Shown here one piece after another: positions 10,172-23,382 of a stretch of DNA of 64,000 nt. The translations under genes were made by a program, and so were the position numbers. The notes beneath the pieces are model-generated. The model was not told the origin of the DNA, ran no database searches, and saw only the letters and a list, made by a program, of their open reading frames with translations. The number at the start of each line of letters is the position of its first letter. Position 1 is the first letter of the stretch. Origin of the DNA: an uncultured Methyloversatilis sp. (GTDB lineage Bacteria > Pseudomonadota > Gammaproteobacteria > Burkholderiales > Rhodocyclaceae); assembly GCA_964488825.1 (NCBI GenBank), contig CAZAWN010000001.1:1818-65817 (forward strand), read 5' to 3'.

Positions 10172-11944
10172 ATGATCATTGCGCTCGCCCTCGTTGCCTC
10201 GCTGGGCGGCATGCTGCTTGTGCTGCTCGCCTCTGCCAGCGCGGATTCGAGCCTGCTGGCGCGCCACATTCCCCTGTTGATCGTCATGAACGCGCTGGCC
10301 GCGCTCGTCCTGCTGGCACTGCTGGTCACCCAGCTGCGCCGTCTGCGGCGCGATTACCGACGCGGCGTCTTTGGCGCCCGGCTCAAATCGCGCCTGCTGT
10401 TGATGCTGGCGCTGATGGCGATCTTGCCCGGCACGCTCCTGTATGCAGTATCAATGCAGTTTGCCGTGCGCAGCATCGATTCCTGGTTTGATGTGCGCAT
10501 CGAAGCCGCCCTGGATGGCGGACTCGATCTGGCGCGTGGCATCTTTGACGCCATGCAGTCCGATCTGCTCGCCAAGGGCCGCACCATGGCCTACGACCTG
10601 GCCGACCATCCGGCACCCGGCGCGGTCCTGCTGAATCGTCTGCGCGAGCAGGCCGGCATGCAGTCCGCCACCCTGATGACCGCCAGCGGCCACCTGATTG
10701 CCAACAGCAGCGGCAGCCTGCAGGGATTGCTGCCTGCGCTGCCTGAAGGTTCCAGACTGCGTCAAGCGCGACAGGGTACCGGCATCTCCCATGTCGAGGG
10801 CGACGCGGAAAACGGTTTCGTGGTGCGTGCCCTGATTCCCGTCGGCAGCCACCGCCTGGATGCCGAACCCTTGGTCCTGCAACTTGAGCAACCGGTGCCA
10901 TCCGCCATCGCCCACAATGCCGCTTTGGTAGAAGCGGCGCAACGCGACTATCAGGAACTCGAACTGGGTCGCGCCGGCCTCAAGCGGCTGTACACCCTGA
11001 CACTCACCTTCGCCCTGCTGCTCGCCCTGTTTGCCGCCCTGGCCCTGGCCTTTTTTCTCGCTGCGCGTCTGGCCAAACCCTTGCTCATGCTGGCTGAAGG
11101 TACGCGCGCCGTCGCTGCGGGCGACCTGACGCCGCGGGCAGTGCTTGAAACCGACGACGAGCTGGCCGTGCTGACGCGTTCTTTCAACGACATGACGCAG
11201 CAACTCGAACAGGCGCGCATCGAACGCGAAGCCGCCCAGCGCGCTGCCGTGTGGGGCGAAGTAGCGCGCCGGCTGGCGCATGAAATCAAGAACCCGCTTA
11301 CCCCCATTCAGCTATCCGCCGAACGGCTGCAAATGAAACTCAGCGACAAGCTCGATCCCGCCAGCGCCGCCATGCTGGAACGCAGCACACGCACCATCGT
11401 CGAACAGGTCGAGGCCATGAAGAACATGGTCAATGATTTCCGCGACTATGCGCGCCTGCCGCCGCCGGTCGCCAAGCCCATCGATCTGAATGCGCTGGTT
11501 GCCGAAGTGCTCGATCTGTATGCCGACGGCCCGGTCGCCATCGCTGCCGAATACGACCCGAACCTGCCCCCGGTGCTGGCCGACCCCGACCAGATCCGGC
11601 AAGTGCTACACAACCTGATCAAGAATGCCGGCGAAGCCACACAGGAGAAACTCGGCGCTGGCGATACGGCACCCGTCACGGTAACGACACAGTTCAAGAA
11701 CGGCATGGCCGCGCTGCGGGTCGCCGATTCGGGCTCGGGGTTTCCTGCGGAAATCCTCAAGCGCGCCTTCGAACCCTACGTCACCACCAAGCCCAAAGGC
11801 ACCGGCCTGGGCCTCGCCATCGTGCAGAAAATCGTCGGCGACCATGGCGGCGCTATCACACTGTCCAACCGCCCCCCCGAACTAGGCGGCGGCGCGGAAG
11901 TGAGAATTCAACTACCGTTGCAGGAACAAGCTCCCAGCGCCTGA
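10172..11944 (+). CDS. NtrY-like membrane sensor histidine kinase (HAMP-HisKA-HATPase, no PAS)
   Basis: Three N-terminal TMs, periplasmic domain, TM, HAMP, H-box WGEVARRLAHEIKNPLTPIQLSAERL, FEPYVTTKPKGTGLGL. Confidence 0.88.
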   Translation: MIIALALVASLGGMLLVLLASASADSSLLARHIPLLIVMNALAALVLLALLVTQLRRLRRDYRRGVFGARLKSRLLLMLALMAILPGTLLYAVSMQFAVRSIDSWFDVRIEAALDGGLDLARGIFDAMQSDLLAKGRTMAYDLADHPAPGAVLLNRLREQAGMQSATLMTASGHLIANSSGSLQGLLPALPEGSRLRQARQGTGISHVEGDAENGFVVRALIPVGSHRLDAEPLVLQLEQPVPSAIAHNAALVEAAQRDYQELELGRAGLKRLYTLTLTFALLLALFAALALAFFLAARLAKPLLMLAEGTRAVAAGDLTPRAVLETDDELAVLTRSFNDMTQQLEQARIEREAAQRAAVWGEVARRLAHEIKNPLTPIQLSAERLQMKLSDKLDPASAAMLERSTRTIVEQVEAMKNMVNDFRDYARLPPPVAKPIDLNALVAEVLDLYADGPVAIAAEYDPNLPPVLADPDQIRQVLHNLIKNAGEATQEKLGAGDTAPVTVTTQFKNGMAALRVADSGSGFPAEILKRAFEPYVTTKPKGTGLGLAIVQKIVGDHGGAITLSNRPPELGGGAEVRIQLPLQEQAPSA

Positions 11945-11958
11945 GTCTCGGCCCGGGT

Positions 11959-13308
11959 CTACTTGCCGATGCAAAACTTTCCGAATATCGCACCCAACAG
12001 GTCGTCGGCGGTGAACTCCCCGGTGATCTGCGCTAGCGCCTGCTGGGCCAGGCGCATTTCTTCGGCGGCCAGTTCGAGCTGGCCTAGCTGATCTGCGGCA
12101 ACGGTCAGGCGCTCATCCGCTTCGTTGAGCGCTTCAAGGTGACGTGCGCGGGCCAGCACGGCATCTTCGCCATGGCCGCGCCAGCCGGCGATGCGCAGCA
12201 GTTCGTCGTGCAACAACTCCATGCCCGCGCCATGCTTCGCCGAGAGGACCAGATGCACAGCGCCCTTTTCCACCCGCCGTGCGCTGGGACGAGCGGCCAG
12301 ATCGGCCTTGTTTTCCACCACAACCCGTTCGATGCCGGCCGGCAAGCGCGCGGCGATGGCCTGGTCGGCCGGGGTGACGCCGCTGCGCGCATCGACGATC
12401 TGGAGGATGGCATCCGCTTTGTCGATTTCCTGCCAGGAGCGCTCGATGCCGATTTTTTCGACCACATCGTCGGTGTCGCGCAGGCCCGCGGTATCGATCA
12501 CATGCAGCGGAATGCCCTCGACGAGGATGGTTTCTCGCAGGGCATCGCGTGTCGTGCCGGCAATCTCGGTGACGATGGCGCGTTCCTGCCCGGCCAGCCG
12601 GTTGAGCAGGGACGACTTGCCGACGTTCGGCAGACCGGCCAGCACCACGGTCAGCCCGGAGCGCAGCACGCTGCCTTCACGCGCGCGGGTGCGCAGCCGC
12701 GCCAGATCGTCTCGCAAGCGCGCCAGGCGCGGCACGATGTCGGTATCGGCGAGCGGGTCAATCTCCTCGTCGGGAAAATCCAGGGTTGCCTCGATCAGGC
12801 AGCGCAGCTCGATGAGACTGTCGGTCAGCGCCTGGACGGCACGCGAAAATTCGCCGGACAGCGAACGCAGGGCGGCGCGTGCCGCTTGCGCCGACTCGGC
12901 TTCGATCAGATCGGCGATGGCCTCGGCCTGCGCCAGATCGATCTTGTCGTTTTCGAAGGCTCGCCTCGAAAACTCCCCCGGTGCCGCCACACGAGCGCCG
13001 AGTTCAACACAGCGCGCCAGAAGGGCATGCATCACCACCGGGCCGCCGTGGCCATGCAGCTCAAGCACATCTTCGCCGGTGAAAGAATGCGGCGCGGGAA
13101 AGTAAAGGATCAGGCCCGTATCGAGCGGTTCGCCATCGGCAGCCAGAAAGTTGGCTAGCGTGGCCCGCCGCGGCGGCGGGAGGCTTCCGGCAATGCCCTG
13201 CGCCAGCAACGACAATCCGCTACCCGAAACGCGTACCACCCCGATGCCGCCACGCCCCGTCGGCGTGGCGATGGCAGCTATGACATCAGCCGGCCTGCTT
13301 GCCTTCAC
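11959..13308 (-). CDS. mnmE: tRNA modification GTPase MnmE
   Basis: [36 protein letters not shown]-terminal FCIGK. Confidence 0.97.
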   Translation of the reverse strand: MKASRPADVIAAIATPTGRGGIGVVRVSGSGLSLLAQGIAGSLPPPRRATLANFLAADGEPLDTGLILYFPAPHSFTGEDVLELHGHGGPVVMHALLARCVELGARVAAPGEFSRRAFENDKIDLAQAEAIADLIEAESAQAARAALRSLSGEFSRAVQALTDSLIELRCLIEATLDFPDEEIDPLADTDIVPRLARLRDDLARLRTRAREGSVLRSGLTVVLAGLPNVGKSSLLNRLAGQERAIVTEIAGTTRDALRETILVEGIPLHVIDTAGLRDTDDVVEKIGIERSWQEIDKADAILQIVDARSGVTPADQAIAARLPAGIERVVVENKADLAARPSARRVEKGAVHLVLSAKHGAGMELLHDELLRIAGWRGHGEDAVLARARHLEALNEADERLTVAADQLGQLELAAEEMRLAQQALAQITGEFTADDLLGAIFGKFCIGK

Positions 13309-14914
13309 TGCTTTCGATCATGCGATTGCATTGCCATTGCTGGGCAATCGACAGCACGTTGTTGACGATCCAGTACAACACCAATCCGGACGGGAACCAG
13401 AGGAACATGACAGTGAACACAATCGGCATCCAGAGCATGATCTTGGCCTGGATCGGATCGGGCGGCGTCGGATTCAGCTTGGTCTGCACGAACATCGAAA
13501 CGCCCATCAGCAGCGGCAGGACATAGTAGGGATCCATCGCCGACAGATCGGTAATCCAGCCCAGCCAGGGGGCACCGCGCATTTCGACAGCGCCCAACAA
13601 CACCCAATACAGCGCGATGAAGACGGGAATCTGCACGAGTATCGGCAGGCAGCCGCCGAGCGGATTGACCTTCTCCCGCTTGTACAGCTCCATCATTTCC
13701 TGGTTCATGCGCTGCCGATCATCGGCATAGGTTTCCTTGAGCTTCATCATCTTTGGCGTCAATACACGCATCTTCGCCATCGATTTGTAGCTGGCGGCGG
13801 AAAGCGGGAAGAACACCGCCTTGATCAGAACCGTGAGAAGAATGATCGACCAGCCCCAGTTGCCAACAAAATCGTGAATCCAGGCCAGTACCCAAAACAG
13901 CGGGGCTGCAATCATAGTCAGCCAGCCGTAATCCACAACCAGTTCGAGACCCGGCGCGATTTTCTCAATTTTGTTCTGTTCCTGCGGACCGGCATACAGC
14001 GGTACGACAAGCGAATCGCCGCTCAAGGGTAATACCAGACCCGTGGCGAACAAATTGCCATCCAGCTTGCGCGTGAAATACTCGCGTTCGCCCGTGGCGG
14101 GAATCCACGCCGAGAAGAAGTAATGCTGCACCAGCGCGACCCAGCCGTTGTCCGCCTTGGTCGGATGCTTGTTTTTGCTACCGAAATCGGCAAACTCGAC
14201 TTTCTTGAACTTTTCCAGATCGGTATAGATCGCCGCGCCGGTAAACGTCATCATCATGCTATTGGCGCCGGGTGGCGGACGATCATCGCGCGTCAATTGG
14301 AAATAAGCATAGGCACCGCTCGGGGCCTGAGCATCGAGAAAACGGTGTTCGACATCAACCAGATAGCTGCCACGTTTGAAAATATAGGTCTTGACGATCT
14401 TGCCGCCGCCTTCCAGTTCAGCTTGGAGCGGGACGCGCAGCTCGTTCTCGCCATCTTTCATCTCGAAGCGGCCGGCCGGCAGAGTCCAAACCGATTTGTG
14501 ATTGGGCAGTCCCTGACCAATCAAACCCGACTGGGCCGCATAGGCGTGCGCCGGATCGAACAGGATTAAATTATCGTCAGCTTTTTCCGCCGCCTTGTGC
14601 TTGAGCAACTCCAGGCGGACGAGATCGCCACCCTGCGACGAGATATCGGCCTGAACGAGATCGGTTTTCACCCTGAGGGCAGTGGCGGACTGGCCTGCAG
14701 TTTTGGCGGTGGGTACCGCGCTCGGCGAAACGCTGGCAGAAGTCGGCGCTGACGGGATGGCAGCATCGCCCGGCGCACTGCCCGCCGCAGGGGCAACGGG
14801 CGCCTGCTGGCTGACTGCTGCCGGAGGCGGGAGGTCCTTGCGCTGCCAGGAATCCCACAACATCATGCAGGAAAAGAAGAAAACCAGCAGCAATATCAGG
14901 CGTTGGGTATCCAT
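13286..14914 (-). CDS. yidC: Membrane protein insertase YidC
   Basis: [41 protein letters not shown]. Confidence 0.97.
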   Translation of the reverse strand: MDTQRLILLLVFFFSCMMLWDSWQRKDLPPPAAVSQQAPVAPAAGSAPGDAAIPSAPTSASVSPSAVPTAKTAGQSATALRVKTDLVQADISSQGGDLVRLELLKHKAAEKADDNLILFDPAHAYAAQSGLIGQGLPNHKSVWTLPAGRFEMKDGENELRVPLQAELEGGGKIVKTYIFKRGSYLVDVEHRFLDAQAPSGAYAYFQLTRDDRPPPGANSMMMTFTGAAIYTDLEKFKKVEFADFGSKNKHPTKADNGWVALVQHYFFSAWIPATGEREYFTRKLDGNLFATGLVLPLSGDSLVVPLYAGPQEQNKIEKIAPGLELVVDYGWLTMIAAPLFWVLAWIHDFVGNWGWSIILLTVLIKAVFFPLSAASYKSMAKMRVLTPKMMKLKETYADDRQRMNQEMMELYKREKVNPLGGCLPILVQIPVFIALYWVLLGAVEMRGAPWLGWITDLSAMDPYYVLPLLMGVSMFVQTKLNPTPPDPIQAKIMLWMPIVFTVMFLWFPSGLVLYWIVNNVLSIAQQWQCNRMIESSEGKQAG

Positions 14915-14953
14915 AGTGGTTGCGTCAACTACAAGTCGATAAGAGGGGGCATT

Positions 14954-15175
14954 CTACGGCACCGGATCGTGTCCCCCGGGATGCCATGGATGACAACGCG
15001 AGATGCGTCGCAGCGCCAGCCAAAAACCCCTGAAGGCTCCGTGTTTTTGCAAAGCTTCGAGCGCGTAGTGCGAGCAGGTCGGATAAAAGCGGCAAGAGGG
15101 CGGAAGAAATGGGCTGAGCAACAACTGGTAAGCGCGTACCAGCCATATCAAAGGCTTGGCCAGCAGGGCCTTCAT
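14954..15175 (-). CDS. yidD: Membrane protein insertion efficiency factor YidD
   Basis: [11 protein letters not shown]...[14 protein letters not shown]. Confidence 0.95.
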   Translation of the reverse strand: MKALLAKPLIWLVRAYQLLLSPFLPPSCRFYPTCSHYALEALQKHGAFRGFWLALRRISRCHPWHPGGHDPVP

Positions 15176-15540
15176 AAGGGGCGCAGCCGCGCAAGCAGCA
15201 TGGCGATCTCGCTACGCCACATGGGTTTGTCAACCGAAGTTACCGGACGAACCAGCCGCAGCACAAGATCGAAGTCTGGCAGCTTGGCTTGTCTCAAGCG
15301 GTAAACCTCGCGCGCCTGCCGCTTGATGGCATTGCGTAACACGGCGCTGCGTGCCTGCTTTTTGGGAATGACCAATCCCAGACGCGCGCTCGGGCCACCA
15401 TTTTCGCGATGATGCAGTGCAAAGCACGTGCCGCGCAAAACACGTCGCGCGGAAAAAACTGCGGCAAATTCACTCGGTTTGAGCAGCCGCTGGCAGCGTT
15501 CGAAACCGGCTGGATGCGGAGCCGGCCCGGCGACCTGCAA
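15172..15540 (-). CDS. rnpA: Ribonuclease P protein component
   Basis: [32 protein letters not shown]; probable TTG start at 15540, just after rpmH (start uncertain). Confidence 0.9.
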   Translation of the reverse strand: MQVAGPAPHPAGFERCQRLLKPSEFAAVFSARRVLRGTCFALHHRENGGPSARLGLVIPKKQARSAVLRNAIKRQAREVYRLRQAKLPDFDLVLRLVRPVTSVDKPMWRSEIAMLLARLRPL

Positions 15541-15547
15541 GCCGTCG

Positions 15548-15682
15548 TCAGACGGCGAGACGATGGCGTCCCTTGGCGCGGCGAGCACGCAGCACGGCCC
15601 GGCCACCACGAGTGCGAGAACGGACGAGGAAACCATGAGTGCGCTTGCGCCGCACGACGGACGGTTGGTAGGTGCGTTTCAT
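15548..15682 (-). CDS. rpmH: 50S ribosomal protein L34
   Basis: Below the ORF-track cutoff. Manual translation [44 protein letters not shown] (44 aa). Confidence 0.97.
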   Translation of the reverse strand: MKRTYQPSVVRRKRTHGFLVRSRTRGGRAVLRARRAKGRHRLAV

Positions 15683-15711
15683 GTTGGTAATCCTTTGAAG
15701 AAAAGCGCGCG

Positions 15712-15741
15712 ATTACAACCTGTTAGGGTCATGCTTGTCAA
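15712..15741 (-). promoter_or_regulatory. Putative sigma70 promoter of the rpmH operon
   Basis: Minus strand TTGACA (15741-15736), 18 nt spacer, TGTAAT (15717-15712), upstream of rpmH. Confidence 0.6.
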
Positions 15742-15793
15742 GCTCTATTTTTCCCTTGGCCAATTTGAAACTGCTCAGGCGAACTCGCCGGCT

Positions 15794-15824
15794 TGTGGAT
15801 AACTCTGCTGGATTCCGTTAGAAT
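15794..15824 (+). promoter_or_regulatory. Perfect DnaA box overlapping the putative dnaA promoter (autoregulation)
   Basis: TGTGGATAA at 15794-15802 (TTATCCACA on the minus strand) overlaps a -35-like TGGATA lying 17 nt before TAGAAT (15819-15824). Confidence 0.7.
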
Positions 15825-15948
15825 CGGACCCCTTCCCATCCGTGGGAAATTCCTCGAAGCGACGCCCGTTTATTCTTTCTGTATTCTCCCTGCATCTGCC
15901 CGTTTCGCTGGCCGTTTCGAATAATATCTAAAATAAAACATAGAGTTG

Positions 15949-17340
15949 ATGAAGAATTTCTGGGCCTTCTGGACCGAGTGTCTGACGCGTTTCGAAAGCG
16001 AACTGCCGGCGCAGCAATTCAACGCGTGGATTAAATCCTTGCGCGTCGAAGCTGACGAAGCCGAACACCGCCTGCGTCTGAATGCGCCCAACGGTTTCAT
16101 CCTGCGTTGGGTGCGCGAACGCTATCTCGACAGGATCGAAGTGTTATCGCGTCAGTACTTCGCCGAGCCCATCACTATCGATCTGGTGCTTGACGAGACT
16201 CCTACAGGATTGCTGCGCGATCCGGAAAACCGCGAAACACTGCCCGGTTCGGGCGATGCTGATGCAGCACTCTGCATCGAACCGGATTTGCCGTCGCCTA
16301 TCGATCTTCCGGAGTATGGAAAAACCCGTCTCAACCCGGACTTCACGTTCAACACGCTGGTTACCGGACGATCCAATGACCTCGCCCGAGCCGCCGCCCA
16401 ACAGGTTGCCCAAAACCCCGGCGTTTCCTATAACCCCCTGTTCATCTACGGCGGCGTGGGCCTTGGCAAAACCCACCTGGTTCATGCTCTGGGCAACGAG
16501 GTGTTGCGCTATGCCCCGGACAAGGTGATTCGCTATATCCACGCCGAGGATTATTACTCCGACGTAATTCGCGCATACCAGCAAAAAGCTTTCGACAGCT
16601 TCAAACGTGCCTATCGCACGCTCGATGTCCTGCTCGTCGACGATATTCAGTTCTTTAATGGAAAGGCGCGCACGCAGGAGGAATTTTTCTACGTATTCAA
16701 TGCGTTGGTAGAAGCAAAGAAACAGATCGTAATTACCTGCGATACCTATCCGAAGGATATTCAGGGTCTGGAGGAACGGCTGATATCCCGCTTCGATTGG
16801 GGTTTGACGGTGCAGATTGAACCTCCCGAACTGGAAATGCGTGTCGCCATCCTCAAGAAGAAAGCCGATAGCGAAGCGATTGTTCTGAATGACGATGTCG
16901 CCTTCCTGATCGCCAAGAATCTGCGTTCCAACGTACGGGAACTGGAAGGCGCCCTGAAAAAGGTGCTGGCTTTCTCCCGCTTCCATAACCGCGATATCAG
17001 CCTTGAGTTGGCCAAGGAAGCGCTGAAGGACATCATCGGCGCCCACAACCGTCAAATCACGCTCGAGTTGATCCAGAAAACCGTATCCGATTATTTCAAG
17101 ATCAAGGTTGCCGACATGTACTCGCAAAAGCGCACGCGCGCGATTGCCCGGCCGCGTCAGGTTGCCATGTGGCTGGCCCGCGACCTCACCCCGCACAGCC
17201 TGCCGGAAATTGGCGATGCCTTCGGCGGACGCGACCATACCACCGTCCTCCACGCTTGCCGCACGATTAACGATCTGCGCAGCAAGGATACGCAACTCAA
17301 CAACGACCTTCTGGTGCTTTCACAGACCATCAAGGCTTGA
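15949..17340 (+). CDS. dnaA: Chromosomal replication initiator DnaA
   Basis: [52 protein letters not shown]. Confidence 0.99.
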   Translation: MKNFWAFWTECLTRFESELPAQQFNAWIKSLRVEADEAEHRLRLNAPNGFILRWVRERYLDRIEVLSRQYFAEPITIDLVLDETPTGLLRDPENRETLPGSGDADAALCIEPDLPSPIDLPEYGKTRLNPDFTFNTLVTGRSNDLARAAAQQVAQNPGVSYNPLFIYGGVGLGKTHLVHALGNEVLRYAPDKVIRYIHAEDYYSDVIRAYQQKAFDSFKRAYRTLDVLLVDDIQFFNGKARTQEEFFYVFNALVEAKKQIVITCDTYPKDIQGLEERLISRFDWGLTVQIEPPELEMRVAILKKKADSEAIVLNDDVAFLIAKNLRSNVRELEGALKKVLAFSRFHNRDISLELAKEALKDIIGAHNRQITLELIQKTVSDYFKIKVADMYSQKRTRAIARPRQVAMWLARDLTPHSLPEIGDAFGGRDHTTVLHACRTINDLRSKDTQLNNDLLVLSQTIKA

Positions 17341-17554
17341 TCGGGAAGTGGAGAAGACCATGAACAAGCTCTGGAAAGAATGTGCACAAATTCAGGAGAA
17401 CCATTTTCACGGGTTTCCATCCACAGTTCTCCACAGCCTTATCAAGCTTTCACCACAGCACTTATCAATAGCTTAACCTACTGTTTAAAATAAATTTTCA
17501 GCCATTATCCACATCCTTTCCCTTCCCTCAATCTCATCATCAAGGGGTTAATAG
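17341..17554. other. Probable oriC (dnaA-dnaN intergenic DnaA-box cluster)
   Basis: Perfect TTATCCACA at 17505-17513; degenerate boxes TGTGCACAA 17381, CCATCCACA 17417, TTCTCCACA 17427, TTCACCACA 17449, TTATCAATA 17462; AT-rich TTTAAAATAAATTTT 17484-17498. Confidence 0.72.
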
Positions 17555-18661
17555 ATGCTTCTATATAAAGGCTCTCGCGACCAGTTTCTGATTCCTCTGC
17601 AAGCAGTTTGCGGCATTGTAGAAAAACGCCATACCCTGCCTATCCTGTCAAACGTGTTGATCCAGAAAGCAGGCGATAGCCTCATGCTGTTGGCCACGGA
17701 TATCGAGATGCAGATTCGTACCAGCACCGTTTCCACCGGAGCGGAGGAAGTGTCGATCACCGTCGCCGCGCGCAAATTGCAGGACATTCTGCGTTCCTTG
17801 CCGGACAATGCCGATGTCAGCCTGGATCTCGACGAGCGGCGTCTGCAGTTGCGCGCTGGAAAGAGTCGTTTCAACCTGCAAACTCTGCCTGCTGACGATT
17901 TTCCGCGCATTGCCGAACCGAGCGGCAAGACCCACGTCCTCAAACTGACGCAGAAGCAGTTCAAGCGGCAGCTTGCGTTGGTGCAATACGCCATGGCGCA
18001 GCAGGATATTCGCTATTACCTCAATGGCTTGCTGCTGGTCGCTCAGGGCGGCGAACTGAAGCTGGTGGCTACCGATGGGCACCGGCTTGCTTACGCCAGC
18101 GAGGACATGGGTATGACCCAGGAAGAGCGAGTGGAAGTCATCCTGCCGCGCAAAACGGTGCTCGAACTATCGCGCCAACTGGCCGACAACGATGAAGCCA
18201 TGGAAATTTCGCTTACCCCGACCCAGGCGCGTTTTTCCTTTGGTAATGTTGAATTTGTCAGTAAGCTCATCGACGGAAAATTTCCCGATTATGAGCGGGT
18301 GATTCCGCAGCATCAGAACAAGATCATCAAGCTTGATCGTTCCCTGTTCCAGCATTCACTTCAGCGTGCCGCCATCCTCACCAACGAGAAATTCCGCGGC
18401 GTGCGACTGGTGTTGTCGGCGGGCAGCATGAAGATTTTGTCGACCAATACCGAGAACGAAGAAGCTCAGGAAGAAATCGAGATCGACTATGCAGGCGACG
18501 GTCTGGATGTCGGTTTCAATGTTAATTATCTGCTTGACGTCCTCAATAACATCACGAACGAAGCGATTGAATTGCGTCTTGCCGACAGCAATTCCAGCGC
18601 GCTGATCATGCTGCCCGAGAATGAGCGCTTCAAGTACGTCGTGATGCCAATGCGCATCTAA
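17555..18661 (+). CDS. dnaN: DNA polymerase III beta clamp
   Basis: HTLPILSNVL, DIRYYLNG, ATDGHRLA, KYVVMPMRI. Confidence 0.99.
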   Translation: MLLYKGSRDQFLIPLQAVCGIVEKRHTLPILSNVLIQKAGDSLMLLATDIEMQIRTSTVSTGAEEVSITVAARKLQDILRSLPDNADVSLDLDERRLQLRAGKSRFNLQTLPADDFPRIAEPSGKTHVLKLTQKQFKRQLALVQYAMAQQDIRYYLNGLLLVAQGGELKLVATDGHRLAYASEDMGMTQEERVEVILPRKTVLELSRQLADNDEAMEISLTPTQARFSFGNVEFVSKLIDGKFPDYERVIPQHQNKIIKLDRSLFQHSLQRAAILTNEKFRGVRLVLSAGSMKILSTNTENEEAQEEIEIDYAGDGLDVGFNVNYLLDVLNNITNEAIELRLADSNSSALIMLPENERFKYVVMPMRI

Positions 18662-21148
<2,487 letters not shown>

Positions 21149-21193
21149 GTACGCGTACTGACGCAATGCCGATGAACGATTAACACTAGTGTC

Positions 21194-22438
21194 ATGAGTC
21201 TTACCGCTCAGGCTCTGTTCGGGTACGCTGTATTCGTAGGGCTAGCCTGGACGATTTCAGAAAACCGACGTGCCGTGCCATGGCGTACTGTCATTGGCGG
21301 GATCGTATTGCAAGTCGTACTGGCGGTTGTGATCCTTAAACTTCCGTTGGTGCGAAGCGTGTTTGCCTCCCTGAATGAGGTGCTTCTGGCGCTGCAGGTG
21401 GCGACACGCGCGGGAACGTCGATGGTGTTTGGCTACCTGGGCGGAGGCCCTCTGCCCTTTGCCGAATCGGCGGCGGGGGCGAGTTTCATCCTGGCTTTCC
21501 AGGCGCTGCCGATCGTGTTGGTGATGAGCGCACTCTCGGCCTTGCTGTTTCATTGGCGCATATTGCCGCAGTTTGTACGGCTTATGTCCTGGTTGCTCGA
21601 AAAGACGCTCGGTGTTGGCGGAGCGGTTGGTTTGTCGACAGCAGCCAATGTTTTGGTCGGCATGGTCGAGGCGCCGCTGCTGATCAAGCCCTATCTTGCA
21701 CGCGTTTCGCGCGGCGAACTGTTCGTCATTCTTTCTGCCGGTATGGCAGGCGTGGCCGGGACTGTAATGGCGCTGTATGCCGGCATTTTGAGCCAGCATG
21801 TTCCGGATGCTTTGGGCCATATTCTGGCGGCCTCTTTCATCAGCGCTCCGGCAGCCGTCGTTTTCGCCGTGCTCATGGTGCCGCCGGAGGGTTCACCCAC
21901 TGGTCGTGCTGTCAGTTTGTCCCAGATGGATGGCAGCAGCATGGATGCGCTTACGCGCGGTACCAGCGAAGGACTGCAATTACTGCTCAATATCGTTGCC
22001 ATGTTGATTGTTCTGGTGGCGCTGGTCGCCCTCGCCAATCAATTGTTAGCGCTGTTGCCTTTTAGTGACACTGCCTGGTCCCTGCAACGCCTGTTGGGGA
22101 TGGCAATGGCGCCCTTGGCGTGGTTGGCCGGGGTTAGCTGGGACGAAGCGGGTACAGCGGGCGCCTTGCTGGGCACCAAAACCATCCTCAACGAACTGAT
22201 CGCTTATCTTGAGTTGGCTGCCTTGCCGCCCGAAGCGCTGTCGCCCCACAGCCGCGTGGTGATGACCTACGCGCTGTGCGGCTTCGCCAATCTCGGTAGC
22301 CTCGGCATCATGATTGGTGGCTTGACGACGATGGCGCCACAGCGTCGCAGCGAAATCATCGAACTCGGACCGCGCACTCTCGTTGCCGGGACGCTTGCCA
22401 CACTTTCCTGCGGTTGCGTGGCAGGCATCTTGATCTAG
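21194..22438 (+). CDS. Concentrative nucleoside transporter (NupC/CNT family)
   Basis: SENRRAVPWRTV, GMVEAPLLIKPYL, GTKTILNELIAY, YALCGFANLGSLGIMIGG. Confidence 0.9.
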   Translation: MSLTAQALFGYAVFVGLAWTISENRRAVPWRTVIGGIVLQVVLAVVILKLPLVRSVFASLNEVLLALQVATRAGTSMVFGYLGGGPLPFAESAAGASFILAFQALPIVLVMSALSALLFHWRILPQFVRLMSWLLEKTLGVGGAVGLSTAANVLVGMVEAPLLIKPYLARVSRGELFVILSAGMAGVAGTVMALYAGILSQHVPDALGHILAASFISAPAAVVFAVLMVPPEGSPTGRAVSLSQMDGSSMDALTRGTSEGLQLLLNIVAMLIVLVALVALANQLLALLPFSDTAWSLQRLLGMAMAPLAWLAGVSWDEAGTAGALLGTKTILNELIAYLELAALPPEALSPHSRVVMTYALCGFANLGSLGIMIGGLTTMAPQRRSEIIELGPRTLVAGTLATLSCGCVAGILI

Positions 22439-22513
22439 CGCTACCCGGCTCGGCATGAACGATTTCCTCAAGCTGGTTGGCATGTTGAAAGTGCTGCAAG
22501 GAGCGTCGCTTGA

Positions 22514-23290
22514 ATGATCGATATTGATCCCGTCGTCGTGACCTTGTTGCTGGCAGCCTGCTTTGCCGGATTTGTCGACGCCGTGGCTGGGGGAGGCGGG
22601 TTGATTCAGGTGCCGGCGCTGTTCGCTGGTCTGCCGCGCGAGGCGCCGGCGACCTTGTTCGGCACCAACAAGCTCGCATCGATTTTCGGCACGCTGAGTG
22701 CGGCGCGGCGCTATGTACGGGCCGTTGAGATGCCTTGGCGGCTGGTGTTGCCTGCGGCGGGAGCGGCATTTGCGTTTTCTTTTGCGGGGGCTGCAGTGGT
22801 GACCTGGCTGCCCAGAGAGGTGGTACGCCCGCTGGTACTGGTTCTGCTGGTTGCCGTGGCGATCTATACCTGGTCCAGGCCGGACTTTGGCGTGAGCCAG
22901 CGTCCGCCGCGCGTTGCTGCGCGGCATCTGTTGATGACGGCGCTGCTCGTCGGTGCGGTGATGGGTTTTTACGATGGCTTCTTTGGCCCCGGGGCAGGCA
23001 GTTTCATGATCTTCGCTTTCGTGCGCTTGTTTGGCATGGATTTCCTGCATGCTTCGGCCAGCGCAAAGATTCTCAATGCGGCGACCAACGCTGGCGCCTT
23101 ACTGTTGTTCGCCCCTTCGGGGCATGTGCTCTGGGTTTTGGGACTGGGTATGGCGGTCTGCAATATTGGCGGAGCGCAACTGGGCAGCCGACTGGCGATA
23201 CGGCATGGCAGCGGGTTTGTGCGGGTGGTTTTTCTGGTCATGACGACACTGTTGATCGCCAAGATTGGCTGGGATACGTTGCGCTCTTAG
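22514..23290 (+). CDS. TSUP/TauE-SafE family transporter (YfcA-like)
   Basis: AGFVDAVAGGGGLI, GTNKLAS, GFYDGFFGPGAGSF. Confidence 0.9.
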   Translation: MIDIDPVVVTLLLAACFAGFVDAVAGGGGLIQVPALFAGLPREAPATLFGTNKLASIFGTLSAARRYVRAVEMPWRLVLPAAGAAFAFSFAGAAVVTWLPREVVRPLVLVLLVAVAIYTWSRPDFGVSQRPPRVAARHLLMTALLVGAVMGFYDGFFGPGAGSFMIFAFVRLFGMDFLHASASAKILNAATNAGALLLFAPSGHVLWVLGLGMAVCNIGGAQLGSRLAIRHGSGFVRVVFLVMTTLLIAKIGWDTLRS

Positions 23291-23382
23291 AAACCCTTTG
23301 CAGCACGTGGACGAACGGGCGATGCAGTGATACATTCGGCAGTTCCGTTATCCAACACCTATTATATAAACCGGAGGAATCG

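Noticed and set aside
10125-10175. 16-codon ORF MRNRPLDLPVTMKRPE overlapping the kinase start
   Set aside because: No RBS and no recognisable features; likely chance.
23299-23314. parS-like TGCAGCACGTGGACGA
   Set aside because: About five mismatches to the consensus and not palindromic outside the core.
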